A stretch of 61,200 nucleotides of DNA, filler included, from Kipferlia bialata (taxonomy: Eukaryota), in NCBI GenBank assembly GCA_003568945.1. It is 4 parts of 4 records of this genome, joined end to end, with 100 filler letters (N's around TTAATTAATTAA, not from the genome) between each part and the next. Parts side by side here need not be neighbours in the genome. Positions count along the whole stretch, not along the records: positions 1 to 21,917 come from BDIP01000311.1; 3 more parts are not named here. One strand, given 5' to 3'. This document shows, one piece after another, positions 1 through 13,100 of this stretch (position 1 is its first letter; every line of letters begins with the position of its first letter). The translations under genes and the position numbers were made by a program. Below the pieces are notes generated by a model. The model made no database searches and had not been told where the DNA came from. It worked only from the letters and a program-made list of their open reading frames with translations.

Positions 1-17
1 GAGAGAGAGAGAGAGAC

Positions 18-262
18 TCAGGATGATACCAGACTCGGGGTCCTGGAGGGGTAAGGGTATATGTAGAGTATATGGAGAGGGGGGAGGGGGTAGATATTAA
101 TGGAATAATACCGGACACCGGGTAGAGATAGAGTGGGGTGGTATATACACACCTCAGTGTTCATGAGTGACACACTCATCTTGTCCCACACCCCAGCCAT
201 GTGGTACTCATCATGCAATGCACTGTACTGGCACATAGCGGCACCTGCGCACCTGGTGTAAG

Positions 263-306
<44 letters not shown>

Positions 307-1027
307 TATATCATGCAGGGCACTGTACTGGCACATGGCGGCACCGGCACACCTATAGAGTAAGATATATGAATATAGAGAGAGGTGGGGTATGCTATAC
401 AACGCAAAGGGGAGGTGGAAGGGGGGGGGGGGGTAGCAATACACTATGAAATGTACGTACTCCATGCGGGTGGGTGGCTTCTCTGTGGTTGGTACCCCAG
501 GGTGTCCCATCTCAGAGGTGGGCTGGCATAGGTTCCAGAAGTAGGTGACTGGGGGTAAGGGTAATAGAGAGACAGTGTATATACTTGGCGATGCAAAAGT
601 CCACAGAGTGAATAGTATGCATCAATACACACACACGTACACTCATCGTCGTCCAGCTCGTATGCCACATTGTCGGTGCCAGCAGTGGGGATCAGGGCAG
701 CGAAGTTGTACTGATAATAGGAGTACTGGGGTAAGACAGAAGGAGACTGGGGGAGACTTGAAGTGGCTGGTCCCAGGTCAAGGAACCAGCAATACAGCTA
801 TATCACTCATCACTACTCACTGTCTCCTACGCACTGTCTCGAGGCTAAGTGAAGGGTGAGGAACAACTGCTCCTTCCAGACAATAACACTCTTACATATA
901 CCAAGAGTATACATCAAATACACCTCCTCACCTGCACACTACATGTGTTGTAGTCAATGGACACATTCAGCTCTGCCAGGGCAAGGCCCAGCAGGGCCAC
1001 AAGACACGCACACAGGCCCACTCTCAT
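18..1027 (-). CDS. Secreted MRH-domain (mannose-6-phosphate receptor/ATG27-like) protein, multi-exon, 3' partial
   Basis: ATG at 1027 starts a signal peptide, MRVGLCACLVALLGLALA. Spliced exons give YNFAALIP..AYELDDD, TYFWNLCQPT, CAGAAMCQYSALHDEYHMAGVW (exon 153-252) and DPESGIIL. This follows the MRH order YDLSPL / YYFNIC / AVCQ..SLG / GVVLTY. Confidence 0.6.
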
Positions 1028-1070
1028 CCTGTCGCTTGAGAGTGGGAACCAGTCAGTCGAAGGTTTTTGG

Positions 1071-1110
1071 ACCCTTTTATGAACAACAATTAACGTCAGC
1101 AAAAGGGTTT
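1071..1110 (-). promoter_or_regulatory. Putative core promoter with AAACCCTTTT and an 8-bp inverted repeat (ACCCTTTT...AAAAGGGT)
   Basis: Lies in the AT-rich 166-bp gap between the dynein stop (1194) and the ATG at 1027. AAACCCTTTT recurs at 25874-25883. Confidence 0.3.
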
Positions 1111-1193
1111 ATCACTTTTTCTAACACATAGACTCTATGTGGAGCCATTCCATCTATACCATTACACGGACTGATAGTCCTTCATTATCTCCC

Positions 1194-4100
1194 CTATGGA
1201 CTCATGCTGACGGGTGTGTCTGTAGATATGACATCAAAGTGGACCCCAGCCCAGTATGACCTATGGACCCATGTGCTCAGTCTGACACTGCCTAGCCTAT
1301 CACCCCTGTATAGCACAGGGACATCCACCTCATCTGCTATCGACCTGCCACTGCCACCGCCACCCCCACTGGTAGAGTGGTGGATGGGCACTCCCTCCCC
1401 TGACACACCTGGCCTTACTATAGACACCACACTAGACCCAGCAGAGGAGGCAGGCTGGGTGTGGGTCTCTACCTCGGTCTCCATAACTGTGTCCATGGGC
1501 ATGTCACGCAATGGAGTCAGCTTGTCACCAGCGGTGACATGCAAGTACAACCTTACACGCTTGCTAGGCAGGAAAAACGAGTCCATGACAATAGTGGTAC
1601 GCGTGGAGTCCAGTACGAACCCCACCATCTCAGCCGATACACAGACTACAAACTCTTCAGTGTCAGTAGGGAGAGTGGGTGATATCATGTATCGACAGGT
1701 GGTGCCTAGTGGTACTCCATGGTACATAGCGTAGAGCACCCTCAAGCCTGTCAGGATGGCCTGTGTGGAGGTGTATGAGACGTGGCATAGGTTGGATGGA
1801 CCATCCTGACTAGTCCATGTGCACACAGGGAAGAAGGAGAGAAACTCATCAATCTGGGGTGAGATATGAATAGTTGAAACAGTTCTTAGCAGTAGAGGTG
1901 TATCAACATGATGTAGTATATTGAGTATACCTCTCTCATGTATTCGTCCCCAACCATCGACCCGCATATGTCTAGCAATGTGCATGAGTCCTCGCACAAG
2001 TCCAGACTCTCATCACTGAGGAAGGATACAGCTGAGTCTTCCCTTCCACTGCACTGCATAGTACAACGTAGCTGTCTCAATAGACTGGGCATCCTAGGGT
2101 TATATAGAGGGAGTAAATACACATTTATAACCAAGAGAGATAGTATATACATGGGTGCATACATACCTGAACCCCCGTATCTGCACTCCCCTGACCCCGA
2201 AGTAGTGTGCTATGAGGCATGCACCCCCACTAGTACCATGGGTGTACACTGCATCCAAGGCAGAGAGAGACTCTTTCAGGGAGAGAGAGACTGACAGTAC
2301 AGCTGCACCCGCCTCCTCCGCCTTCGGCCATATGAATGCCACCCTAGGCCCCTCTCTCTCTCTCTCTTCGTCTCTACTCTCCCCTGCTATACCACCTAGG
2401 GGTATGGGTCTGGTGGGTATGCCACTCAGGGAGGGTACACCATGCCGGGAGGAGAGGGAGAGAGAGCTGCAGATGGATGGAGCACCAGAGGAACACACTG
2501 AGAGGGGGTGGTTCCTGAGGATTAGGATGACAATATAGAGAGGGTGCAACACTGAGTGAGAGTTACAATAATTGGTCACAATACCTGTATGAGAGTGATC
2601 TGACAGATGGAGAGGACCGGCCGAACGTGTCGGTGTGGTCCCCTATGCGTCTGCCATACACTGCATCACTGGCATCGAGGGAGGCACAGGGGCTGGAGAG
2701 CTCAACCTGATAGGTCAGGAGCTGTGCAGTCGAACTAGGTACACTATACGCACACATACATATATGTGTATACTTATGTGTGTCCAGCAGACACCCTACC
2801 TGCGCTGGCACCATTAGACTCCTGGCCGGTGTGTCTGGTGTCTGTGTAACACTGTGCATGGCATGTACCATGGCACCTAGAGATAGTGTCGAGTGGCCCT
2901 TGGCTCGCAGGGGGTCTACACCTACTGCACTGGGGAGTGAGGGTGTATCAATGATACTGCTATATACACGCACAGTGAATATTTGTATAGAATATAACAA
3001 CACTGACCTGCACCGCCTGCTCCACAGCATGGATCCCAGTATGTCTGGTAGGTACCATCTGATGGAGTCTATGCCTGTCTCGTGTACATAAAACTGGTGA
3101 CATAAGGGAACCTGGGGGTTAGAAATTCCTAGCGTATCTCCACTCAATACCGTGTTGTCTCACTAGACACCATACCTCTCTCTTTACATGCTGTGCTATT
3201 CCTCCTGGTAGCCTAGCCTGGTAAGGGGTCGCTAAACCCCTCTGCTCTATCAGCGACTTGATCCTGTGCGTTAGATGTGTAAATACTGGGTAAATGCCGT
3301 ATATGTAGTCAGGGCATGAGCCCACGGTAGGTTAAATGGTAAGGATACCCACCTGGGGTATCTAGACATGGTAGCAATCTGCATAGTCAGCAGCTGTGCA
3401 GATAGGTATGCATCCTGGGCACCCACGGGAGAGGACGCCTGATGTCATATCCATATACATATATGTTACATATATGATATATGTATATAGTACTTCCAGC
3501 TATTATGCTTAATGCGCTATATGCATCATACACCAACCTCTGTGTCTATGGCCCCATATGACAGACAGAACCCCCTGATCACCCTCTGCATCTCTGTTGA
3601 GAAGCCAGAGGATACATACTGGGCAGTGCCTGGGAGGTGAGACGGGAGGAAGGTGCCTACATATGTATACTCTGTGTACATCTGGTACTTTCCTACTGTA
3701 CTCTACGTGTATGTATATATACTCATGGCTACTATGCACCCACCTGGCCCCACCCTATCCCCACTGTCCGTGGCAGAGAGAGACACCTCCAGGGCATGTC
3801 CCATAAGTCGGTGGGCAAGGCTGGTGTGAATGCCTATTCAGTGTATTAGAATACATACACTTATATAAATAGAGGGTTTTGCATCAACTTATGGCATACC
3901 TATATGGCGCCACCATATCCGCAGCTATCGACACTGTATGACTGCTCCTGGCTACCAGTGAGTCTGCCAGTGCATCATACTCTCTCGACGCAGAGGCAGG
4001 GACAAGGACAAGCATCTTGCGCTCCTGGGAGGTGAGGGGGTACTAAAAATGTGTCTTTACATTCTGAACCTGGTCACGTCTCAACGTATAGTTAAAGATA

Positions 4101-7100
4101 TGTAAAGCCATTATTGGTGTATAGTGTGTAGTGACATATTCAGATATAGTGAATTATGTGTACCTCATAGAACACTGGGTCATTGACCGACAGGTGCGTG
4201 ATTTGGTCGAACTGCACCACTCTGATCCTATGTCCTGAGGCACCGTCTAGGCCATAGATGGGTACCTGCATCAGAAACAGTACCATAGTACCAGCAGTAT
4301 CTATATAATATATATGCATATTGTTAGTACTTACCTGCCCCACCCCCCAGAGGGCACCTGCTATGTCAGGCAGCAGCCACAGACAGTCGGCATGCACTAT
4401 CACATGCAGAGCACGTGGGTTGCTAGAGTGGGCCAGGGTGTGCACACTCTGCTCCACCCTGTCCCAGTGCCTAGAGAGACTGGCCCTGTCCTTGGCTAGC
4501 ACACTCTCTCTCTCCTGCATCCCCTTCACACTGTGGGTACTGAGTGATGTGGCGCGTAGGTAGGCAGAGAGGGCTGCTAGACCAGATGTGGGGTTGAGGC
4601 ACAGGCACACGCACAGGTGCTTGAAGAGTACGATGTCAGCATCCGCTGTCGAGTATTTACCCAATACAGCACTGGGTAGCCATATGGGTGTGACCTTGGC
4701 CCCCTGTAGCACCCTATCTGTGCATGATGCCCCATTGAGTAGACCCACTAGACATCTAAGGGCACCCTCGGAATCACGGCACACCTCTACTAGACCTGAC
4801 CGTAGCTGTCTGTAGGTGGATACCTCAGCACAGAGACCGTTGAAGAGAGAGTGACAGGAGGCCTCGAGATGGACAAGGCGACCCAAGGCACTGGTGGTAA
4901 GAGTATCACTCAGACATAACTACATCGGAACATGGTAGTGTAAATAGAAGAATAAATGTACGTACTCCCTGAGCCCCTTCCCCGCATGTCCGTTGGTCAC
5001 TGATCTAATCACTGGGTCTAGCACTCTGGCCAGGCCTATTGCACGGGGCTTCTCAGCCAACTCTCTCAGGGTCTAGTGGTAGAGGGGAACAGACAAAGAG
5101 AGAGTAACATGTCAACAACTGAGTTATCACCGACAGCATACCTCCCAGTCGGCGCCATAGAGTGCCTTCAGCACTGGCAGTACTGACCCAGAGATGTGAC
5201 CACGTAGCCTTAGTCCAGTCAAGAGAGTGGATGTGAGGATGGAGGGTACGTGTGAGGGCTGCGTGGCTATGGTGTGCATCTTCTCACAGATCTTTCCCTG
5301 GGCAGGTAAGTACTACTGCAGGATACATGTGAGATGGAGAAAACTGAGGAGTGATACAATAATACGCACCAAACCCCTTATCATACTAAGTATAGCTAGG
5401 GACCAGAAGACACCTATCACAACTACATATATATATATACATATCACGTACCAGTCACCCCATGAATGTATCCCCGCTAGGAACTCTGTCGTCACCTCTT
5501 CCGTACAATGCCTATACATGTATGTATATATATATATATATGTGTGTAGTTAATCACGTACCAGCCCCCCCATGAATGCCTGTCCCACAACATGTGACAG
5601 CCTAGGGGTGTCAGGTGGAGAGGTGCCGGTAGACACCCTCCCCCCCTGCATCACACCCACCAGTCCATGCCTCAGGTACTCTAGCTGGTGCTCCCACCTA
5701 CCCAGTGCACGTATCAGGGGGGAGGGGTATGTCTTCAGAGTGGAGGAGAGGTGCAGCCGCATCTCACGCCATTGCTGGGGGTGGGAACGGTCACAAATGA
5801 AATGTAGTATATACGTGACCCGTGTTAAATACATAATACACCTACCTGGAATGGAGTGGTCATGTCCCACACGCTGCACAGCTGGGGTTAAAGAGAGACA
5901 GAGTCATATGGGTATGGATACATTCTAGTCCAGAGTATGCACCCACCTCCTTGAACAGTTCCTCTGCTCTGTTATGATGGTCCGCCAGTGCGTCCAGCAC
6001 TTGTACCACCTTGTCCTCTTCTTCTCTAGGCTTGAGGTGCATGGCGACTGTACCTATGCCACCCTTGAGACTGTGCATGTGGGAGTGCATACCATGCTCT
6101 AACAGAACAACTTGGGATAAGGGAGATGCACACTAGATAAGGGAATATATAATGTACTAGGAGTATATATACATATTGTATGTATGGATGTGGGAGTGCA
6201 TGCCGTGCTCCAGCAGCACAACTTGGGATAAGGGAGATGCACACTAGATACGGGAATATATATTGTACTAGGAGTATATACACATATTGAATGTATGGAT
6301 GTGGGAGTGCATGCCGTGCTCTAGCAGAACAACTGGAGTTAAGGTGGTACATACACACTTGCAAGGGTAGATATGTTACACACAGTATCTCAATTCAAAC
6401 TGTATAGATATATACAATAAGCAGTGATACCTCTTCTAATGGGTCCATTCCCACTGGCACGCCCTGTCTTCTCAACGGCAGTCAGGACAGACAGGAGGTT
6501 GAAGGCAGGCTGGGGTTAGGACTGACACAGACACTATAGCGTTTGTATTTGGATATATATAGGGAAGTGAGAGCTGAGTACCTCTGGTGAACAGCAAATC
6601 AATGTCCTGAAGTGTGGGGCGGAAAGACACTCTTGGGGCACACACACGAATATGCGGCGGGAGTGGATTGGGGTCTGTGGTGAGAAACTGGACAATTTGT
6701 GTATCTATGAGTGAGCATGAATGATTGTTATGTGTCAAAGTTGATCCGTACCTTCAGTAGTACTTGGTGGGTCCCAATCAGAAACTCCTGACCGGGCTTG
6801 GTAGACTGGGGTGAGACAGAGATTGATGATCAGCAATGACACCATATATGGAGTTAGTTTCAATGACCTCCCAGCGGGAGTCCCACATGCATACCTGGCT
6901 AATGTAGGCCCTCATGATCTGGAGCAACAGCTGAACGGCCTACAAGTGAGAACAAATATACGTGTTAGAATAGGCTGAACTAGTGTGGCATATTGCATAC
7001 TCTCTCTGAGCGGACTACAGATATAGATTACCAATACCTGAGAGCTGGCCGGTTGTCTTCGCTTGGACACCAGGATCAGGTCTCTCTTGTTCTGCAAGGC

Positions 7101-10100
7101 CTTGGATATCGACTGACAGGTGGCTTCGAACCCTCCATCAAACCTCACAACACTCTGGCGACAGAGACTCTGGGCGTCTCTTAGCACCTATTTATCAGTA
7201 TCAGTATCAGTATATTTCTAAGTCAGTAAGTACCTTTGTGTTCTGTGCTGGCTTGTTTGTGGGACTGAGCTTGTCCAGCATCCCATGCCTCCACATACTA
7301 AGGGTCTTAGCCAGTGCCTCCCCATACACACAGTCTAGTAGCACCACAGCCCCCTGCACTCCCTTCAGTACATGGCATGCCTTCTGACATGCCCAGACCG
7401 CCTCATCCTGCACAGGCACCAGACCCAGGGACATCCAGTGGAAGGGCCGGACAGGGTGTGTGAAGACATGTCTGTACGTGTAGTTGACCAGTGTGGTGAC
7501 ATAGGGAAGTATGTACACGGGGTTGTCTGCAATGTGTTGGTTTCGCCCTGTCATAGGTGAGAGTATAGGTGCTAGACGAGTAGGGTCAGACATCAGGGTG
7601 TGGTCGAAGGTCAAGAGAGCGGCCAGGGAGGCATATGACTCTGTGCCGCGCATCCAGTCACTCTCCACTCTAGCACTCTTCTCTGTCACACTCTTCTCTT
7701 CCTCAGTGTCTCTACCTCTCCCTCCACCAACCCAGGGATCTATGAGCAACCTTGCTCTATCCACTGACTGCTGCAGCCTCTCACTCACACTCTCCCTCTG
7801 AACCAGGTACTCAGTGAGACTGCTACTCAGCGACGTCAACCGCGTAGTAACCTCCACCCAGTAGTGGTGGAACACTGCCGCAAAGTGCACTGCCAGTTCA
7901 TAGTAGCTGGGGTGCAGCCACGTCTCCTCGTTCCCTATTCCCTCAGTCTCTAATCCAATGAGACGCTGCATGACTGTCGAAACTACGCGGTTTGAGGATT
8001 CCTTTGGTATCGAGTCATACTCATGGCCATAGCGGTGGGTGAAGTGGCTGAGGTGAGGCTTGGGGGGTGGCTACAGCAATAACAACTCCTTGCCTTCACT
8101 AAACACTTCTATTTAGAGATACATGCATATACTCAACTCCTCACCTATTGTGTACAGGCACTATGCCTTCTCTGTGCATTGTGTGCATGGGCACATGGGA
8201 GTGGCCGAGGAGGTGGGTCCTAGGGTAAGTAATACGTGCAGTATTTGTTGTAATGTATTTCTTCTAGAACACACATTGCCACGGGGACTACACACTTTGA
8301 GTACCTGTATAGTCTGTTGTCAGCCCTGTACTCGGAGTTTGTGACAAGCACTGCCAAGCCCTGTGACAGTTTGGCTGAGAGCACAGTCTCGCCTGGGACC
8401 GTGGAGTATGTGGTGGCAACGGCAAAGTGGAGTCGAGCGAGGGCTGCCGCACTAGATGTGAGTGGTATTGCATGTTACTATCAGCTCGATCAACACACCT
8501 GAAGACTGGTGGCATGTGACCCTTTCCGAGAGCCATTATGGTGCACTGGAGGACAGCGGACTTGGATAGCATGTCTGGATATCAGCTTTGTACTACTTAC
8601 ATATAGAGAGAGGTACTACTATCAATAACTGCTCTAGATGACACCAACCTCCCGGTATCCGTAGCAGCACCCTGCTGCATATTGGTGGCTCTGGTAGCAC
8701 AGGGGGTATCAGCCTGCTCTCACAGCTGGACGGGAAGACCTTGAAGGGCCTCATATCCTGTCTCGCAGGTTGGACTGCCAGAGACGGTGATACACCACAC
8801 GCCAACACAATACTCAGACGAATCAGAGCTCGGATCCGATCTTCAAGAGAATCTGATGTGAGAAATGTACTATATACTGCATATAGGCAAGATGTGCCTC
8901 TTACCTAGCTGGAAGGCAGTCCAGAGTGCCACCTGTAAGGCCGAGTCCTGGTTCTCGGCCACCCTTAGGCCCAGCCTCAACACACCCACATCCACTACAG
9001 CTCTAGGCAGGTGTATGTCATACTCCTCTGACACAAACTGGGGTGTGGTCACAGACCCGACTGAGTCTAGAGACATGGTAGTGGTAGTGCCTGAGCTGGG
9101 TGCGTATGTGCTCTGGTTGGCATTAATTCTCCACCCTATCAGCCTACTCCCAGCCTCGAGGTTCTGCACTACACCTACTCTCCTCCTCGCCTCCTGTCTA
9201 TGCTTCTTCTGCTGGGTCTTGTAGGAGAAGGAGGCCATGCGGGGTATGGACTCTGTGTAACACAGGATGCGTATCAATGCCTTGGTCGCATGGTCTATGT
9301 CTAGTGGTGTCCTGCCTGATAGGGACAGTGTCACTATGGGTACACGCAGGTGGGGCTTGGGGTTGGCAGGGGTAGGCGTGCGACACAGGCGTAGGGCAGA
9401 GGCTGTGTTGGAGGAGCTCCAGTCCTCAAGAGCTAGGATGGCCTATTGATTAGTGAGACTGAATCTTCTAAATACTCTAGTGACAAGTATGCATATACCT
9501 GCAGTACGGGTGGAACGTCTGATGGCAGCAGTGTGTGGAGTGTGGATATCACACTCTGCATCGGATACCCTACTGCTAGTATAGGACTCAGAGACCCAAT
9601 GGTAGACATGCCACCCGATATGGAGGACTGACTGTTGGGAAAGAGGGTGCTCTCTATGACCCTCTCCCACTCCCTGGGGTCTACTGGATGCATGTAGCCT
9701 TTTAACATATCTCTCTGGAACTCTTGTCTGTCGTCTCTAGCCACTGGTGGTGCATCTTCCACGAGTGCCGTGTCCCCCGCTACTGACGTAGGTGTCTCAC
9801 TAGCAACAGACCCAGTCCCATTAGCACTGCTAGACCCACTCATACTGCCACTCATAAGGTATCTAGACCCTGCTGCACGTATACTACCCAACCCTGACCC
9901 TTCTTCAGACATACTAGGGGCATCACTCTGCACATACGTCTGCTGCTGCCTATATGGGCTCTGGTGTCTGAGCAACCCATTGGTGATGGGGTCTACCCTA
10001 ACCACCTGGGGCCCCCCAGACATCATCCTGGGCATGGGTGATGATGCACTCCCTACAGAGGAGTACCCTAGGTCAGGGGACATGGGTACACTGGAGGCAG

Positions 10101-13100
10101 TGTCTCTTCGCACCATCCCTTTAGAAGGAGACTCTGACCCATAGCCAGTGTCATCAAGAGTGTCTCCACCCCCAAGCATCATGGCAATGGGGGTCATCTG
10201 GTGGTGAGGGAATGTAGCGATATACAAGATGTATTCCATTGTCTTGACTTAAAGAGATGCACCCACCTGACTCTTCTGGGCATGGGTGGGTGGCACCATG
10301 ACAGAGCGGGTGACTATTAGTTAGAAGGGGGATGGGGATAGAACACGATCAACAATTACGAGAGTGGACAACCACTGGCTGATAGTGATCCCACCTGCCG
10401 TCATCCAGGAGACTGGATTCACACACACCATGTCAGGACTAGTCCCACCCAGTAGGGTCAGGTGCATCAGGCTCTGCAGCACTAGGATCTGGCGGAGTTA
10501 GGCTTAGCAGAATATAGCATATACTTCTATATATGGATTGTATATAGTCCTAACGTACCGGTGATATGTCAAACATGGATGCGGCGTGCTTGGTGACTCT
10601 GACCACGTCCTCTGCAGACACGCCCTCTCCTAGGGGCAGAGAGAAGGCCATCCCTCGCAGACAGGCATCACTGCACAGCCTCTCCCCATCCAGCACCACA
10701 CACACTGAGTCGAACAAGGCTGTGTCCTCCAGGGGTAGGTGGGCCTCTATCACCACAGCCACGTTCTGTACTTCCCATGTGCCCATCTGCACACCCAGAC
10801 TGTCGACACTCTCCACACACTGGGTGGAGGCATGGTTGGAGTCTACGCCTAGCTGGAGATGAGAATGACTCAGTGATTAACGCCAGTGTACCTTACATAC
10901 CTTCAGTTGTGTATAGTCTGGCTGCCTCTCAACCCTTGGGAACATCCCCACTCCTGACACCAGTGTCTGGAAACAGGGACTCTTAATGACACTAGCCCCA
11001 CTACCAGTGTTATAGTCCAGTGCCGCAGCTATGCACCTGGAGAATGCGGGTACCACTGTCCCGCCTGCAGTGCGTGTCATATGCTCTAGTACCATATCTG
11101 TGGCACTGTCAGCGGATGGGTCCACCACACAGGACAGCCCCTGGACAAAGGAGGGCAGCAGGGTCTGGCTGGCTGCTATGATGTAGCTCTTCCCACAGTA
11201 CATGGGGGAGTTTAACATGATGTGTAGACCAAAGCAGCATGCAGCGGCTAGGCTGTGTGCGTACACCCTGTGTATGTCCGTGAGTACGGGGGGACACATC
11301 CAGTCAGGTTGATGTTCTGCTTGGGTCACAGTTGGATCGCGTAGGGAGTAGAGCTGACAGTGAGATGCTGATAACCTAACTCGATAACAGGAGAGTACTA
11401 TACATATGTGTGTATATGTATCCTACCTCTAGACATGCCCTTTCCTGGTTGAATCTGACCACGTCGTACTGTCTGGGCTGCAGATCAGCGAAGGCATCTG
11501 CAAACCTATCAGGGTCCAGGTCGTTGAACTCACTGTGCAGGGTCTTAAGGGCGCCCATCGCTCCTGGTATATTAGTATCAATAGTAATGCCACAATATCT
11601 TGATGCATAGAATGATACGCAAGTAGGTAGTACCTGGTGAGCATGTGATCTCCCTCAATGAGTCAAATATGTCTGCACTGAAGTTGTCTCCCACTGACGC
11701 CATGATGTTGAATGCAGAGAACACTGTGCTAAAGGCCACCATCAGCATCGAGACCAGGTGGCCGAGACCGTTCTTAGACCCGAACTGAGTCAGAAAGATA
11801 GTGGTGAGCTTGACTTGCAGAGTGCCTATGTTGGGCAATGCGAATGGACCACTGTCACTATCAGGTAGGGGCATGTCCACACCCCCACCGTCTGTAGGGG
11901 TGTCTACAGTACAGGGTGTGGGTCTTGGTTTAACGGTGAGGATACCCTGCTCTGCTAGCAGCCACAGAATGACAGCATGGAGGAAGGAGCATGCAGTGTC
12001 AGATAGATCAAAGTCCAACCCGTCAATGTACATCTCAATGAAGCGGACAATGACGCCGTAGAAGAACTCGTCCTAGAGTGTCAGAGATGGAATCAGAGAT
12101 AAGAAACAGGGATATAGAAGCTCATCGGACGAAAAGAGTGAATAGTCCGATACTATACCTGTGCAAGGGAGCGTGTGTCTGGTTTTGTCTCCGTGACCCT
12201 CTGAAGAGCCAGTCTACACGATACGGACTGTCTAAACATGCCGTAGTGTGTGATGAGAGTGGGTACTCTAAACATGGAGTGCTTGGGCTGCTGGGGGAAT
12301 ATAAACACATGGCTATCCCTGCTTGATGTCTTGAGCGTACTGAAGAGTCTGGCTGTGACTGTGCCCTCTGGGTCCCACGACATGTCTGAGGGTAAGCGCA
12401 TGATCATATGATAATAGTGACACAGACCTGGTATTTGGTTCATATCCAGGGCATATGGAGACTAGCAGCTTGTTAGCAACAGAAACTATGGGACCTTACC
12501 TACACACGTGAGGGTTGATACTGTCCCTGACGAGGCAGGGTCCTCAAGCTTGCCTGGAGAGTCAGACTTGTGTATAAGTTAGTTGCGCAATAGTGGCTGA
12601 CTCCATTAGTATAACTGTTCTGTATGTTGATATAGTTTATAGTATATACTGATCTACGTAGCTACCTGAGTGTGTAAGGGCAGCTGGGTGTGCCACATGC
12701 CTCAACTGCCTCTCTCCGTCTGCACATGCCCTCTCTACCAACACCCTAGCCGAGACAGGGTTGGATGTGTGAATACACACCATGGGCACACACCCCAGCA
12801 CCTTGGTCAGCCACCCCACCGCATACTCACCCTCCTCTGTGAGGCATGTATCCACTGCCCCTTGCCCACTCTCCTCAGAGGATGTATCATCATCATCATT
12901 GCCGTAGTAGGGTAGGGGGAGGGACTGTACCCCAAAGGCTGCTGAGACAGTGAGGGCTAGACCGGAGAGGGCAGCTCGGAAGGACATGGATAGGAACATG
13001 AGAACTGGGGTGAGGGGCTCCATATCATACCAGAACACATTGGAAAGAGAAACATAATTATAGGTATATGTTTGTATACCTGCCATGGGTACACTCCTGT

